Below are positions 47,674 to 58,983 of a stretch of DNA of 64,000 bases, piece after piece. A program made the position numbers and the translations under genes. The stretch's first letter is position 1. Each line of letters starts with the position of its first letter. Source of the stretch: an uncultured Acidobacteriota bacterium (lineage in GTDB: Bacteria > Acidobacteriota > Thermoanaerobaculia > Multivoradales > UBA5704). The notes below the pieces were generated by a model, which had not been told where the DNA came from, made no database searches, and saw only the letters and a program-made list of their open reading frames with translations. The DNA lies in assembly GCA_963761805.1 (NCBI GenBank), contig CAVXIV010000017.1, positions 8,667 through 72,666 on the forward strand. The letters run 5' to 3'.

Positions 47674-49571
47674 ATGAGAAGACTGATGCGATTTCCTCCC
47701 TCACGCTTCGCTTGGGCCGCCTCCTGGATCGCCCTGCTTCTCTTCCTTCTCGTCCTGGCCGGGCTCGCGGGTCAGACCCCCACGGCCAGAGTGGACTTCG
47801 CGCTGACCTTCAAGCAGGCGACGGCCGCCAAAAGGACCGGCTCGCTCCGCCTGAAACCCCTGTCTTCATAAGAGTACGGAGCGAGTTTTGGCCATCGACG
47901 GCCAATCCTCGATCCAGACCGAGCTTCCGGCCAATACCGTCTGGGAAGCCGCCGCCGAGCTGTCGGGCTACTGGGCGCCCCACGAGACGGTCTGGGTCGG
48001 TCCGGCGGGAACAAGCTCCCAGCGCCCGATCGTCCTGTGGCCGGCGGCGGAGATCGAGGGCTCCCTGCGCCTGAAGGAGCCGTCCGAAAAGCTTCCGAAA
48101 GAGATGACGGTCACGCTCGAATCGCCACCGGGTCCCGCCGCGAAGCGCGAGATCCCGAAAGGTCAGGCTTCCTGTCCGGTCGATGAAAAAGGCGTGTTCC
48201 GCTGCGCCCTGCCGGCCGCGCCGCTCGACGTGGCCTTCCGCGCCGCCGGTTTCATTCCGCAATATCGGTGGGGACTGGCTCCTCGCCAGGGACAAGCCCT
48301 CAAGGTCGGCGTCATCGAGCTGAAAAAGGGCGCCTCCCTGAAGGGCTGGGTCGAGGTGGAGGACGGCCCGATCGCGGCCGGCCAGTGCATCGCCCGGATT
48401 TCTCCAATCGTGGCCGGAGGAGGCGATCCCGCCCTGAAGGAGCGCCTCCGCAGGCCCGCCGCCGAGGCGCGGGTGGGGCCGGACGGTTTCCTCCAGCTCT
48501 CAGGCATCGCGCCCGGCAGCTATTAGCTCGAAGTAGAGCAGCCCGGCTACGCCACCGCGCGCATCTTCCCCGTCGACGTCTGGCCGGGAGCGGAGACAGC
48601 GCTGAAACAATCGGTCGTCCTGAAGCGGCCTGTCCGCATCGAGCTGACACTCTCGCCCGCCGCCGACTGGCTGGACAAGCCATGGAGGGTCAAGGTACGC
48701 CGGGCGGCGGACGCGAGCGCGGGATACGAGCGCAAGCCCGTCCACGACGGCCCGGTGGACGCCGAGGGCCGCGTCAGCATCGCGGGCCAGGGGCCCGGGC
48801 GGTTTCTGGTCACGGTCGCGGATTCCCGCGGGGACGGGCTGCTCTCCGAGGAACTGGACGTCACGGGACCGGCGGACGCGCGCAGGGAGATCGAAATCCG
48901 TCTCGTCACGGTCGAGGGGGGCGTGACCCTGGGGCGGGATCCGTTGGCGGCCACGCTTTTCTTCGGCAAGGAGAGAGGGGCGGTCTCGGTGAAGATGGAA
49001 TCGGACGAGGACGGCCACGGTAGTGGCCCAGCCGCTCCAGCCCCCCGTCGGCTTCGCCTCTTCGGCGCGCGCCGGGGTGGACGGCGGTTTCGAGATCGAG
49101 ATCCCCGCCCGGACGGACCGGGTACAACTCGTCGTTAGCCCTCCGGGATACTCCCTCAAGACGTTCCAACTGGAGGCCGACGGGTCGCAGGTGATCCTGA
49201 ATGTCCCTCAGGACGGCGGCACGCTGGAGTTTTCCCTGCCCTACAAGGCCGAAGAGGCACGCGAGGAGGATCTCGCCTATGTCGTCTTCCAGAACGGGCT
49301 GCCGCTCCACCGGCCTCAGCTCCAGTCCTGGGCAAGGGGCCATGGCGGCCAGTACTCGGACGCCACGGGTGCGGACTTCCAGATCCCCCAACTGGCGCCC
49401 GGCGACTATCGGGTCTGCGTGGTGAGGCGGTCGGCCTTCACGGATTGGGCGCTCTCCGGATGGCGGGAGGGGATGGCGGAGTGCATGGCGGGTCCCCTGG
49501 CCAGCGGGGGCACGCTGCGGTTGAACGTGGCTCGGCCGGCGGATACGGGCGGCCTCGGCGGCACGCCCTGA
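47674..49571 (+). pseudogene. Carboxypeptidase-regulatory-like domain secreted protein, fragmented
   Basis: Beta-sandwich repeats (GASLKGWV, GIAPGSY*LEVEQPGY, LAPGDYRVC); in-frame TAG at 48524 and frameshifts. Confidence 0.7.
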
Positions 49572-49673
49572 AAGGCCGAAATCTGACTCGATGCTCTGCT
49601 GGGCAGAGAGGCTTGTCGCCGATTTTTCTCTGAGGCCGACGGCTGTTCTCTGTCCAGTTCTTGAGGCTCTTCT

Positions 49674-49913
49674 TCAGGGCTTGCCGGTGCCGCACACCCA
49701 GTAGAAACCGGGCTGCCACGCTACCGGCTCGCAGAAGCAGTAGCCGCGCTCGCCGGTGGACCAGAAGCAGTTGAACATATCCCCGGCGGGGCTGCAGGGT
49801 AGCCCCTCGGAGGCGTCGCAGTAGCCCGCTCCCTCTGCCACCGGAGGTGCCGAGATCCAACAGACGAGGCCCAGAGCGGTGATCAGCACTGATAGCAAAA
49901 TTCCGCGCTTCAT
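49674..49913 (-). CDS. Small secreted 6-Cys peptide
   Basis: GGAGG RBS; signal peptide; 6 Cys in about 50-aa mature part. Confidence 0.75.
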   Translation of the reverse strand: MKRGILLSVLITALGLVCWISAPPVAEGAGYCDASEGLPCSPAGDMFNCFWSTGERGYCFCEPVAWQPGFYWVCGTGKP

Positions 49914-50472
49914 CGAAGACCTCCTTGGGATTTTCGGGGATAGTCCCTACTCCTGAAGGTGCCGACGGGGGAAAGGCCGGGACACCAGAGGAACCGGAGG
50001 CCCGCCTGCGCGGGCTGGCGACGGGCCGGCCCAGACGTGTCGACTCGGAAGGTTTGCGCCTGAACGCCGAGCGTTGGAGCCGCTCCCGCCAGTCTCGGCG
50101 CGCCTTCCGCCACCGCGGACGGATGGCGCCGCTCGGGTTCACGGACAACGTAGACCGCTGAAGCGACTCACGTAGCCTCTCCCTGGACAGCCGTGACGGC
50201 TGGCCGTCCTCCCGGCGAGAAAATTCTCGGTATTTCAAGCTTGATGCGCGGTGTCTTGAACTTCATGCGCGGCATATCAAGCTTGCGGTAGAAGGCATGC
50301 GCGGTATTTCTCGGAATCCTTGCGGCATCTGGCAGGTGGCTGGCGGTACAATTCTCTGGCGGATTCAATCTCACGCCTGCCGGCGCGCCCCATACGACCG
50401 GAGGGCAGAAGCGATCGAGGCTCGACCCCATGCCGGTGCGGGGTCGAGCCTCTCGTTACGACGCGGCGGGCG

Positions 50473-51711
50473 TCACTGCTCCTTGGGCTGCGGGGACGCC
50501 TCCGCGGGGAGGATTCCGAGCAGCCACGAGAAGTCCTGGCTCTGCCACGGCGGCTGCGCGGCGGGCGACTGGCCGGTCGCGGGGTCGCCCGGGAACGGTC
50601 CGAAGTTGGGGTTCTCCTGCGGCGGGGTCTGCGAGCTGTCGAACCGCGCGTAGGAGTGGCAGGTGATGCACGACGCCTGCTGGGCGGGAACCTCGGCGTT
50701 GAACTCGACGAAGGAGTTTCCGAGCGGCGTCGTGTTCGAGTTGACGAAGTCGTTCTGGACGCCCACCAGGCGGTAGTTCCGGAAGGCGGGCGCGAGCTTG
50801 GCCTGGTCCATCAGCGCGGCGAGGGCCGGGGTGATCTGCGTCGGCTGGCCGGTGCTCTGCGGAGGGTTCGAGCCCCACGGATCCGAGCAGGAGTTGTAGA
50901 GATCGGGCTTGCAGCGGTTGGGGTTCGTGGCGGTGAACTGCGGCTCGAAGGTCGCCCACAGCCAGTTCGGGAAGAGCTTCGACGAGATGTGGATGCCGGT
51001 CAGTGCGTAGCAAACCCCATTGATCGTCTCGGTATAGATCTCCGACGACGGTTTGCTGCAATCGAAGCCGGCAGGGCTCAGCGCGTTGACGGGCACCCAG
51101 TCCGCTTTGATCTCGACCGCCGCCGTCGGGAAGGCGATCGTTGCGCCGCTCTTCACATAGGCGGCCTGCTGGGTGAGCGTGAGGAGCGAATGACCGGGCG
51201 CCGGTTGCTGGATATAGCCGACCTCGGATTCGTTCACGAAGACCTCTTCGCAGAATTGCGCACCCGGGGCGAGGTTCGTGGGCACGAACGGAACCAGCGA
51301 CGGTGCGTTCGACCGGGCGCTCGCGACGGTCGTCATGGCACTGCAATCGCCCGACAGACCGTTGGCCAGATTTTCCTTGAGATGGCTCACATGCAGCCGC
51401 CGCTGCTTGGCGGCCGCCGCTTCGCCGCAGCTCCCAGGGTTCTGCAGGCAACTCTGCTCCGTCCAGTTTTCGAAGGTGAGCGGATGGGGAGAGCCGGCCG
51501 CCGGACAGTTGGCGGCGACGAAGAGCTGCCACGCGGTCTCCTCGAGCGTGGCCGCCGGCGCGGTCGGGAAGGCGCAGGCGTCGGCCACCGCCGCCGGGGG
51601 CGTAGGCGTCGGCGCTGGGGACGGGGGTGTCGGGTCTTGGCCGCACCCGGAGAAAGACAGGGCTGCGAGGCCGACGAGGGCGAGGACCACTACATTTCGG
51701 CACGGTCTCAT
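50473..51711 (-). CDS. Lipoprotein with C-terminal c-type heme motif
   Basis: Lipobox-like FSGC; SCITCH. Confidence 0.8.
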   Translation of the reverse strand: MRPCRNVVVLALVGLAALSFSGCGQDPTPPSPAPTPTPPAAVADACAFPTAPAATLEETAWQLFVAANCPAAGSPHPLTFENWTEQSCLQNPGSCGEAAAAKQRRLHVSHLKENLANGLSGDCSAMTTVASARSNAPSLVPFVPTNLAPGAQFCEEVFVNESEVGYIQQPAPGHSLLTLTQQAAYVKSGATIAFPTAAVEIKADWVPVNALSPAGFDCSKPSSEIYTETINGVCYALTGIHISSKLFPNWLWATFEPQFTATNPNRCKPDLYNSCSDPWGSNPPQSTGQPTQITPALAALMDQAKLAPAFRNYRLVGVQNDFVNSNTTPLGNSFVEFNAEVPAQQASCITCHSYARFDSSQTPPQENPNFGPFPGDPATGQSPAAQPPWQSQDFSWLLGILPAEASPQPKEQ

Positions 51712-52266
51712 TCGCGATCTCCTCCGAAGGGTAAACGCGGCTCAAGGAGCCGCGGGAACGCCTTTAGCGACCTACTGTTGGCCCGATCGACCGGAAGCCA
51801 CGAAACTACCGAATTGGAATCGCACCAATATAGGCGGGAGTCAGATGCGGAGTCAAGGCGAAAAAGCGAAAGCAAGGACTTCAGAGGGCGATCATTTATC
51901 CCCCCGCACGCTCGCCTCGATCGTGTGAAAGAGGGGGGACGTGTCTCCATCTTCTTCCCAGCCGTACGTGTTCTCGCCCCAGTCCCGCTGGAACGGCGTG
52001 GCGGGTACCAGGTATAGGTGATCTTCAACTGGGCCTGCTTGCCGCTGGCCATGTCGCTAGCCACGAGGATGGGACCGGGTGTTAGCCACGAGGATGGGAC
52101 CACCCGGGTTGATGTTCTCACAGCTGCTCGATAGTTCGCTGACCTCCCTGCTTGCGTAGACGTTGGTGGGTCCCTCACCGGCTGGGGTGTTGGGCTGGAG
52201 GTGGGCGGGGGTGGAGGGCGGGGGACGCCCACCGGAGGCCCGACACCCTGAAAGAAGGCCGCATCG

Positions 52267-53027
52267 TCACGATCGCTCCTTCTTCAGGCTGGGCTTCTGG
52301 CGCCGACGGTAGGACTCCCCGTCGAGGACGAGCTCGTAAGCAGCATTGGTGAGGCGGTCGATGGCGCTTTGCGCGCGCAGGGGATCGACATCGTCGACAG
52401 CCACTCCTCGGGCGCTCGGTTGGAGGTGACGACGGTGGAGCGTCGCTGATGCCGTTCGACGAGGACCTCGTAGATGTCGCGGCTCTCCGTCGCGTCCAGG
52501 GTGTCGAGCCCGAAATCGTCGAGGACCAACAGATCCGCCGCAATGAGGCGACGCATCTCGCGCTCGGTGCTGTGGTCGAGTCGCGAGGCGCGCAGCTGTT
52601 TGAGCATGTCCTCGGTGCGCACGAAAAGGACACTGTAGCCGCGGCGGCAAGCGACGTGTCCAAGCCCCGAAGCCAGGTGGGTTTTACCGACCCCGACCGG
52701 ACCGAGGATCAAGACGTTGTGGTGAGCCTCGATGAAGCGTGTGGAGGCGAGCTCGGCGAGGAGCTGGCGATCCAGCGTGACCTTGGCCGTCTCGTCCCAG
52801 GCCTCCAGGTTGAGGGCTGGATCCAAGCGCGCCTTATGGGCTCGCCGGCTCGCCGCGATGTGGTTGCGCCGTTCGCACTCTTCGGCCAAGACCAGCTCGA
52901 GGAAGTCTTGGTAGGGCATGGCCCGTTCCCGCGCCAGCCGCAGGTGCTCGGGGAGGGTTTCGGTCATCGGCGAGAGCTTGAGCCGTCGCAATGCAGTGCG
53001 TAGATCCAGCGAGAGGATCTCACTCAT
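52267..53027 (-). pseudogene. istB: IstB ATPase, frameshifted near C-terminus
   Basis: GPVGVGKTH, LLVLDDFG, VTSNR, AIDRL in a second frame. Confidence 0.9.
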
Positions 53028-54574
53028 GATCGCCTCCACGGACCAGCCGATACTCGCTGGCCTGGCGAAGGAACCTCAGCTGCTGAGAGGTGGCCTCTCC
53101 AGGCTGCGGCCGCGCCGGCAGAGGAGTTTGCTCGACCGCCTGCTCGACCATCCGAGCCACTCGCATGACATCGATGACATCGATTTCGAGCGCGCGAGCA
53201 CACGCCTGCTCGACCGTGGCTACCGCGTAGCGACGCACCAGGCCGAGCAGCCGATAGACGTGCCGCAGGCGCGTCCAGGGCTGAGGGCCGGCCAGCAGGC
53301 GCTCGGCATAAGTACCGATGGCAGGGCCGGCGTCGCGGGCCTGCGCCAGCAAGGCCTGCTGATCGCGGCAGGCCAGTTCGCGCACCCGGGGTGGATAATC
53401 CGCCGCATCGGTGCTGCGCTGGCCTGGGCCAACGCGCGGGTGAACCTTGATCAGCTGTCCGCGGTGATAGATCCGCACCAGGTCTCGACCATTGCGCACC
53501 TGGACGCGCTCGCCAACGTACTCGGTCGGCACGGAGTACAATGCCTTGGCCACCACGACGTGATGATCGCGCTGCACCCGCACCTCGCTCCAGGCCGCCA
53601 CCTCGTAAGGCTCCTCGGGAGCCGGCAGCAGTAGCTCCTGCTCATCGTGCGCAAAGTGCTCCGCGGGGCCGCCGACGGGTCGTGCCGTGAATCCGCTCCC
53701 CGGCAGTCACCCGGCACCACCGCTCGGCTGCCGCTTGCGCCTCAGCCAGCGTGGTAAACACCTCGCCCGCGAACAAGGACGTCTGGACGTATTGCACTGC
53801 GCGCTCGACCCGGCCTTTATCCTGCGGATGACGAACCCGCGCCACGAAGCCGCGGGCTTGCGCGTACTCGACAAAGGACGCATTCAGACGCGGCGCGTCC
53901 CGATCCGCCATCGTCACGATCGCCTTCAGGTTGTCTGGGACCAGGACCCGAAAGACGCCGCCGAAGAACCTCCACGCCGCCTCGCAACCGGCCACCACGT
54001 CGGCCACGCTCTGGCGGTAGGTCAGCCACACGAACATGTGGTGGCTCACCACCACCGTCAGCACCAAGCCCCACACCCGCCGCCGCCGACCGTCTTCACA
54101 GATCCAGCCCATCGCGCCGAAATCCAGCTGCAGCTCCTCGCCGGGCTTGCCATCGAACACCCGCACCGTCACCCGACGACCGCCGAAACCAAGCTCACGG
54201 ACCGCATACCGGTGCAAGGTCCGATACGGCACCATCACGCCCGTGTGACGAGCCAGCAACTCCTGCACTTTGCTCAGAGGGACCTGTTTCCCTAGCCAGC
54301 CGGCCAAGAGCTCCCGGTGCTCGGCGCACTTCTGCCACGAACCGCCTCGAACCCCAGGACCCTGCGCACGCACTCGCCCGATCACCTCGCCGAGGGCGGC
54401 GTCCTGTGCCTCCTCGCCGACCTTACAACCCACCTGCTGGGCTGCCTTGACGTACCGGCTGACCGTCTTGCGATCCAGACCGGTCCGCCGCGAGATCGAC
54501 CGCAGCGACTCGCCCCGCGACCATAGACGTACCACTTCCCTGACTTCGACCACATGGACCTCCCGGTAGGACAC
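53020..54574 (-). pseudogene. istA: IstA transposase, split
   Basis: PGEELQLDFG, VPDNLKA, KGRVER, YSVP. Confidence 0.9.
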
Positions 54575-55377
54575 CGTGCACCTCCTGCTTCTCGCAAGAG
54601 GGCCGGCCTACCACATGGGTGGTCCCATAGGTGGCTAAACCTGGTCCCTAGCTCTGGCTAAAACCCCGCCCCGGATGGGGGCATCCGCGTGGCTAATGAC
54701 ACTGGCCATTACCGCGGCGGCCTTCCGCGCCCATTCCTGGGCGATCTCGCGAGTCGTTTTTTGCAGCCGTCACAAGCGCCATAAGACCCCGACAGCGCGC
54801 CCGTGAAATTCAGATTCTTCTTCTGGTTGGAGGGCTTGGCGAGAACCGCTTTGAAGGCCTTGAAGATAGGCATTATATTGAAGATTTGCGAACTTAAATC
54901 TTTTCTGTGCGCGTTGAATGATGACCGACCGGCGTGGTGCGGGCGCCGGAGAGCGTGGAGAGGGTGAGGCGAGCTCGGGTTGCACAGGCATTGCCGGCGC
55001 GGCGGCGGGGCCGGGTACCGGACGGGCTCCGGTCGCCCTCTGGACATGCGCGGCGAGGGGCCGGGTCCCTGGAGGAGCCGGCCGTGCCTGCGCGGTAGTG
55101 CAGAGGGCCGTCTGGACATGCGCCGCCCGAGGCACTTCGGTCGGGGAGGTCCGCGGCGCCACCTTGGCCTGCACGGCGGCGAGGGCCACGACGACGTGAG
55201 GTGCTGGCCGGCGCGCCGAAGGCCCTCCGCTCATCGGCCTACCCCATCTCCGCGACTGACTCCGGTAACGATGGCGATCCTTGGGTGGCGAGGCGGTCGA
55301 ATCATGCTGGGCTCCAGGGCAGGCGAGCTCGCACTTTAGTCCAGCTTGGGAATCGCGGAAGCGGCCGGGGCATCGCG

Positions 55378-55477
55378 GCGGCAGCTGTTCTCGGCCCCAC
55401 TCCTTGATGCTCTTCTCCAGCAGGTCGAGCGGCAGTTGGCCGTGCCCCAAGACGCGGTCGTGGAAGGCGCGCAGGTC
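55378..55477 (-). repeat. Duplicate of the DUF885 gene 3' end
   Basis: About 100 bp nearly identical to about 58993-59091. Confidence 0.9.
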
Positions 55478-55519
55478 CGTCCGCCTCACGTGGTTCAGTT
55501 GCCCGGATGCGTGCCACAG

Positions 55520-55869
55520 CTGCACGCCCGTATGCTATTTCCAAAATTCCAGCAAGCCTGGAACGGTTACGGTGGCGGGCAAGCCCAGTATGGACTTGCG
55601 TCCGGGGACGCTGAACAGTATCTTGAGACAAGCCGGGCTCAGATAGCAGTAGATCTTTATGCGGTATGCAGTGGTCGTCGAGAAAGCTGAGAACAACTGC
55701 AGTGCCTGTGTGCCCGACCTGCCGGGCTGCGTGGCTGCAGCCGAGACCAAGGAAGAACTCCTCGACCTGCGACCTGATCCGGGAGGCTATCGACTGCCAC
55801 CTCGAAGGCATGAGAGAAGCCGGCGAGGAGATCCCGGATCCGACGGTCATCGAGTATGTCGAGGTCTAG
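55520..55869 (+). pseudogene. hicAB toxin-antitoxin remnant
   Basis: TVTVAGKPSMDLRPGTLNSILRQAGL (HicA C-terminus); MRYAVVVEKAENN..VPDLPGCV..IREAI..HLEGM (HicB, frameshifted). Confidence 0.8.
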
Positions 55870-55996
55870 ATGAAGCAAGAGCAACGAATGACTCTCGTGG
55901 GCGCCTCAGCCCCAAGATGATGTTGGTGTCGAGGGGAGATCCGAATTCCTATTCGATGCCGAAAATGTTTGCCAACGCCGCCGGCGCGTGGGGCCC

Positions 55997-57367
55997 TTAA
56001 TTGCGCGGATCAAAGAGCGCTATCCTGTCCTTGCCATATTTCGTGCTCACTGTCAGGGTACGCGCCATTCCCTTGTGATCGGTTTGAAAAGAAATAAATG
56101 TAAACGTATCTTCCAATAAGAGCCGGCCATCGTGAAGCTGGACCAGTCGTGCTGAAAACCCGCCCTCGCGCGAAAACACTACATTCCCGTCATGTAGCGT
56201 GATATCATAAGTGCTATCAGATGTTCGATAAGCGCCCATTATAGGACTTAGCTCGGTTGGGTTGGGCAATGTGTCCATTAAGGGTAATCGGTGCGAGCTC
56301 AAATAGAGGGCGATCCGTGTGGCAAGTACATCTGGAGTCGGCATTCTCCCTCGGCTGTTCGAGAGAACAGCAATAAAAACATCTTCATCTGGCATCCACA
56401 AAATGTGATTTTCGAAACCATCCACCATGCCGCCATGCTCGATGACTTCGATCCCGTCAATATCATGAATTGCCCAGCCATAGCCATAAAAAGTGCTCTC
56501 ACCCGAAGGGAGTTTGAAGGCCTGGAAGGTGCGAAGGTAAAGATCTATCCTCAGGATCTCGCCTCTTTTCAAGATAGTATTCCAGCGCAAAAGATCGTCC
56601 ACAGTTGATAGAATTGATCCTGCTGAGAAGTAGAATTTTGGATCTCTATAGCTCGCCCAAGAAAAATCATGATCTCTCTTGAAATAACCAGCGGGAACCT
56701 GATCGCTGGCATTAGGCGCCGCACACCTCGTTTGAGACATTCCAAATCGCCTGAAGATATGGTCAGCCATAAAGGTGCAATACGGCAGGCCCGAGACGCG
56801 CTCAAGGATCACTCCTAGTAAGAAATAATTGGAGTCGCTGTACTCCCAAGCCTCGCCCGGGTTAAAGGAGAGGGGTAAGTCTCTTATAGTCTGGATAATG
56901 CTCTCTGGCGAGTACTCCGCTGCTTGGTAGCGAAACCGCTCAAGACTTGTATAATTTCGAAAGCCGGACGTGTGGGTCAATAGGTGCTCAACCGAAATCG
57001 AAGAAAGAAACCGGGGAAACTCAGGGAAGAACTTGGTTACGGGATCAGACAGGGATAGGACGCCATCTTGGACAAGCAATAGAATCCCCATTGCAGTAAA
57101 CTGCTTCGAGATAGACCCTAATCGAAAGACGGTATTCGGCTGGATGGGCGCCGCGCTCCCAATAGCCGATACACCATAGCCCTTTCTGAGAAGGGTCTCT
57201 CCTTCCTTGGCTACGATTACGGCTGCGCCTGGCTCATAGGCGGGATAGAGCGAGGCAACAAAACTATCTATAACCTGGCCGGTGATATTGGACGAGTCCA
57301 ATGCCGAGGCAGCCGAACTTCTGAGAAGGAATAAGAGCAGCCACACATACACGGCCCTGGCGCTCAT
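55997..57367 (-). CDS. Serine hydrolase, class C beta-lactamase family
   Basis: FRLGSISKQF (SxxK), LLTHTSG, YSD (YxN variant), HGG. Confidence 0.9.
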   Translation of the reverse strand: MSARAVYVWLLLFLLRSSAASALDSSNITGQVIDSFVASLYPAYEPGAAVIVAKEGETLLRKGYGVSAIGSAAPIQPNTVFRLGSISKQFTAMGILLLVQDGVLSLSDPVTKFFPEFPRFLSSISVEHLLTHTSGFRNYTSLERFRYQAAEYSPESIIQTIRDLPLSFNPGEAWEYSDSNYFLLGVILERVSGLPYCTFMADHIFRRFGMSQTRCAAPNASDQVPAGYFKRDHDFSWASYRDPKFYFSAGSILSTVDDLLRWNTILKRGEILRIDLYLRTFQAFKLPSGESTFYGYGWAIHDIDGIEVIEHGGMVDGFENHILWMPDEDVFIAVLSNSRGRMPTPDVLATRIALYLSSHRLPLMDTLPNPTELSPIMGAYRTSDSTYDITLHDGNVVFSREGGFSARLVQLHDGRLLLEDTFTFISFQTDHKGMARTLTVSTKYGKDRIALFDPRN

Positions 57368-57376
57368 TTGAGATAC

Positions 57377-58009
57377 CTAGAAAAAGTTGGGTGGATCATC
57401 GCCAATCTCCCACAGGCCTACCTTTGTGCGAGTGTCATCTTGGGGAGGAGCCTGGTCCGGTATTCTGGTGCCGTCGGGATGGGATTTCGGGTCAACGGCT
57501 GCCCGAATCTCACTAACCTGTTTGGTCAGATCTGCAGGAACATCTAAATTGTTTAGCCTTGCCAAGACATCGTCATGTATTTTCTGGGCTTTTTCGGGTG
57601 GCGCAACCTTACTCATTGCAATCATTCCCTCGATAGTAAGAAGCTGTTCTTGTATCTCATTTTTAGAGAGCCTATCTGATGAACTTCTTAGCGCTACCCC
57701 GATTACTGCGTTTCGTGCGCCTGACAATCTCCTGACTTCGGAAGGGTGATAAGCTGAACGCGAGTAATAAACTACCAATGGGTCGCCTTTGGGAATCTCA
57801 AAGCGGTAGCCGCCTGTTCTATTCGTTGTCGTATCACCAACGTATGCCCAACTCCCGGATCCCCTACCGTCTCTCGATATTTGAATCGTAACTCCTGACA
57901 ACGGAGAATTGTTCCAATCTGTCACTACTCCTTCGATAACGATATTCTGAGCCGCAAGTTTAGCCGACGCAACCAAAAAAAGAAAAATTGTCCACCTGAA
58001 CGGTTTCAA
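57377..58009 (-). CDS. Secreted carboxypeptidase-regulatory-like domain protein
   Basis: Signal peptide; IEGVVTD..PLSGVTI..GGYRF. Confidence 0.75.
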   Translation of the reverse strand: MKPFRWTIFLFLVASAKLAAQNIVIEGVVTDWNNSPLSGVTIQISRDGRGSGSWAYVGDTTTNRTGGYRFEIPKGDPLVVYYSRSAYHPSEVRRLSGARNAVIGVALRSSSDRLSKNEIQEQLLTIEGMIAMSKVAPPEKAQKIHDDVLARLNNLDVPADLTKQVSEIRAAVDPKSHPDGTRIPDQAPPQDDTRTKVGLWEIGDDPPNFF

Positions 58010-58641
58010 GGGTTCACCTCCAGAGCCAAGCGCCTAAGCCTATCTTGAGTTACATAAACGGAATCACCAGAAATACTTAAGACAAGTAGAATGCTTTGGG
58101 GATTTGTAATGATTGGAGTCTCGAACCTAAACGCGCACTCATTTGCTTCGCTTTCCGCGTATGCGTATGCACTCAGTGGAGTGAAAGTTTTTTTCTTGGG
58201 ATCAGCAAGAAACGCATAACCGTCAATTGCTGTGTAGACTCCGCACTGTATGCGCCCTTTGAAGGTTGAATTTTTTGAAATAATGTTTGTTTCAAAAACA
58301 ATTGCGGGAAAATGCTTGGCTTTCGTTTTTTGTGCTTCTCTTTCTGCTTCTCTGTCCAAACCCAAGCACAGATCGCGCAACCATCGGAATTCGTTTCTGG
58401 TTATTCCTTGATTGTCCGGAAATTCTATGCAACGCACAAAAGAGTTGAGCCGAACTTTCTCGGGAGCACTTGGGCCTGGGGTTTCGCCTTCCTGTGTTTG
58501 CTTCAACAAGTTGGGAGAGATGGTAATTGCGGCTACGAGAACGGTTGCAATTCCACCAATTAAGGCGGTCCAGATTGCAACGGACTTGCCGTCCGGAGAG
58601 TTTTCTGAGGCGCTGGCGCGCTTCCTCGCTGATATGGGCAT
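58006..58641 (-). CDS. Hypothetical single-TM protein (low GC)
   Basis: ALIGGIATVLVAAITI TM; overlaps the start of the next gene. Confidence 0.7.
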   Translation of the reverse strand: MPISARKRASASENSPDGKSVAIWTALIGGIATVLVAAITISPNLLKQTQEGETPGPSAPEKVRLNSFVRCIEFPDNQGITRNEFRWLRDLCLGLDREAEREAQKTKAKHFPAIVFETNIISKNSTFKGRIQCGVYTAIDGYAFLADPKKKTFTPLSAYAYAESEANECAFRFETPIITNPQSILLVLSISGDSVYVTQDRLRRLALEVNP

Positions 58642-58983
58642 CTTATCTCCCGCAAACGCTCTGGCTAAGATTTCTATTCTATCTAAATAGCCGTACCCCT
58701 GTCAACGCCTTGGCGGAGTCACGGCAACTGGCTAAGGCAACTGGCTAAGTCCATGCACTGATAGGCAACTAGCCAAGACTATGTACTGATTCGAACGCAC
58801 TGCCATTCCGTCCGCAAGGGGTAAACTTGCGGAGGACTGTGGGAGGTCGGAACTCTAGGTTTCCGGCAAGTTCGGCGCTACTGTTCCCCAAAGGTGCTAC
58901 AAGATCTGCTGGTACGATACGACGAATGTAGGCCCGCGAGGCTGTTACAGCAGGCCGTTGCCGGCGTCGCCGGTCGTTCGGGA

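Larger units (their letters stand above)
52052..54701 (-). mobile_element. IS21-family element, degenerate istA/istB, 7-bp TSD
   Basis: TGTC...GACA ends with internal TAGCCA repeats; CTGGCCA at 52045-52051 and 54702-54708. Confidence 0.92.

Noticed and set aside
52052-52100. Iteron or CRISPR-like repeats TAGCCACGAGGATGGGACC
   Set aside because: Explained as IS21 terminal transposase-binding repeats
55997-57367. Clinical-type AmpC resistance gene
   Set aside because: Generic serine hydrolase with YSD instead of YxN and HGG instead of KTG; activity cannot be inferred
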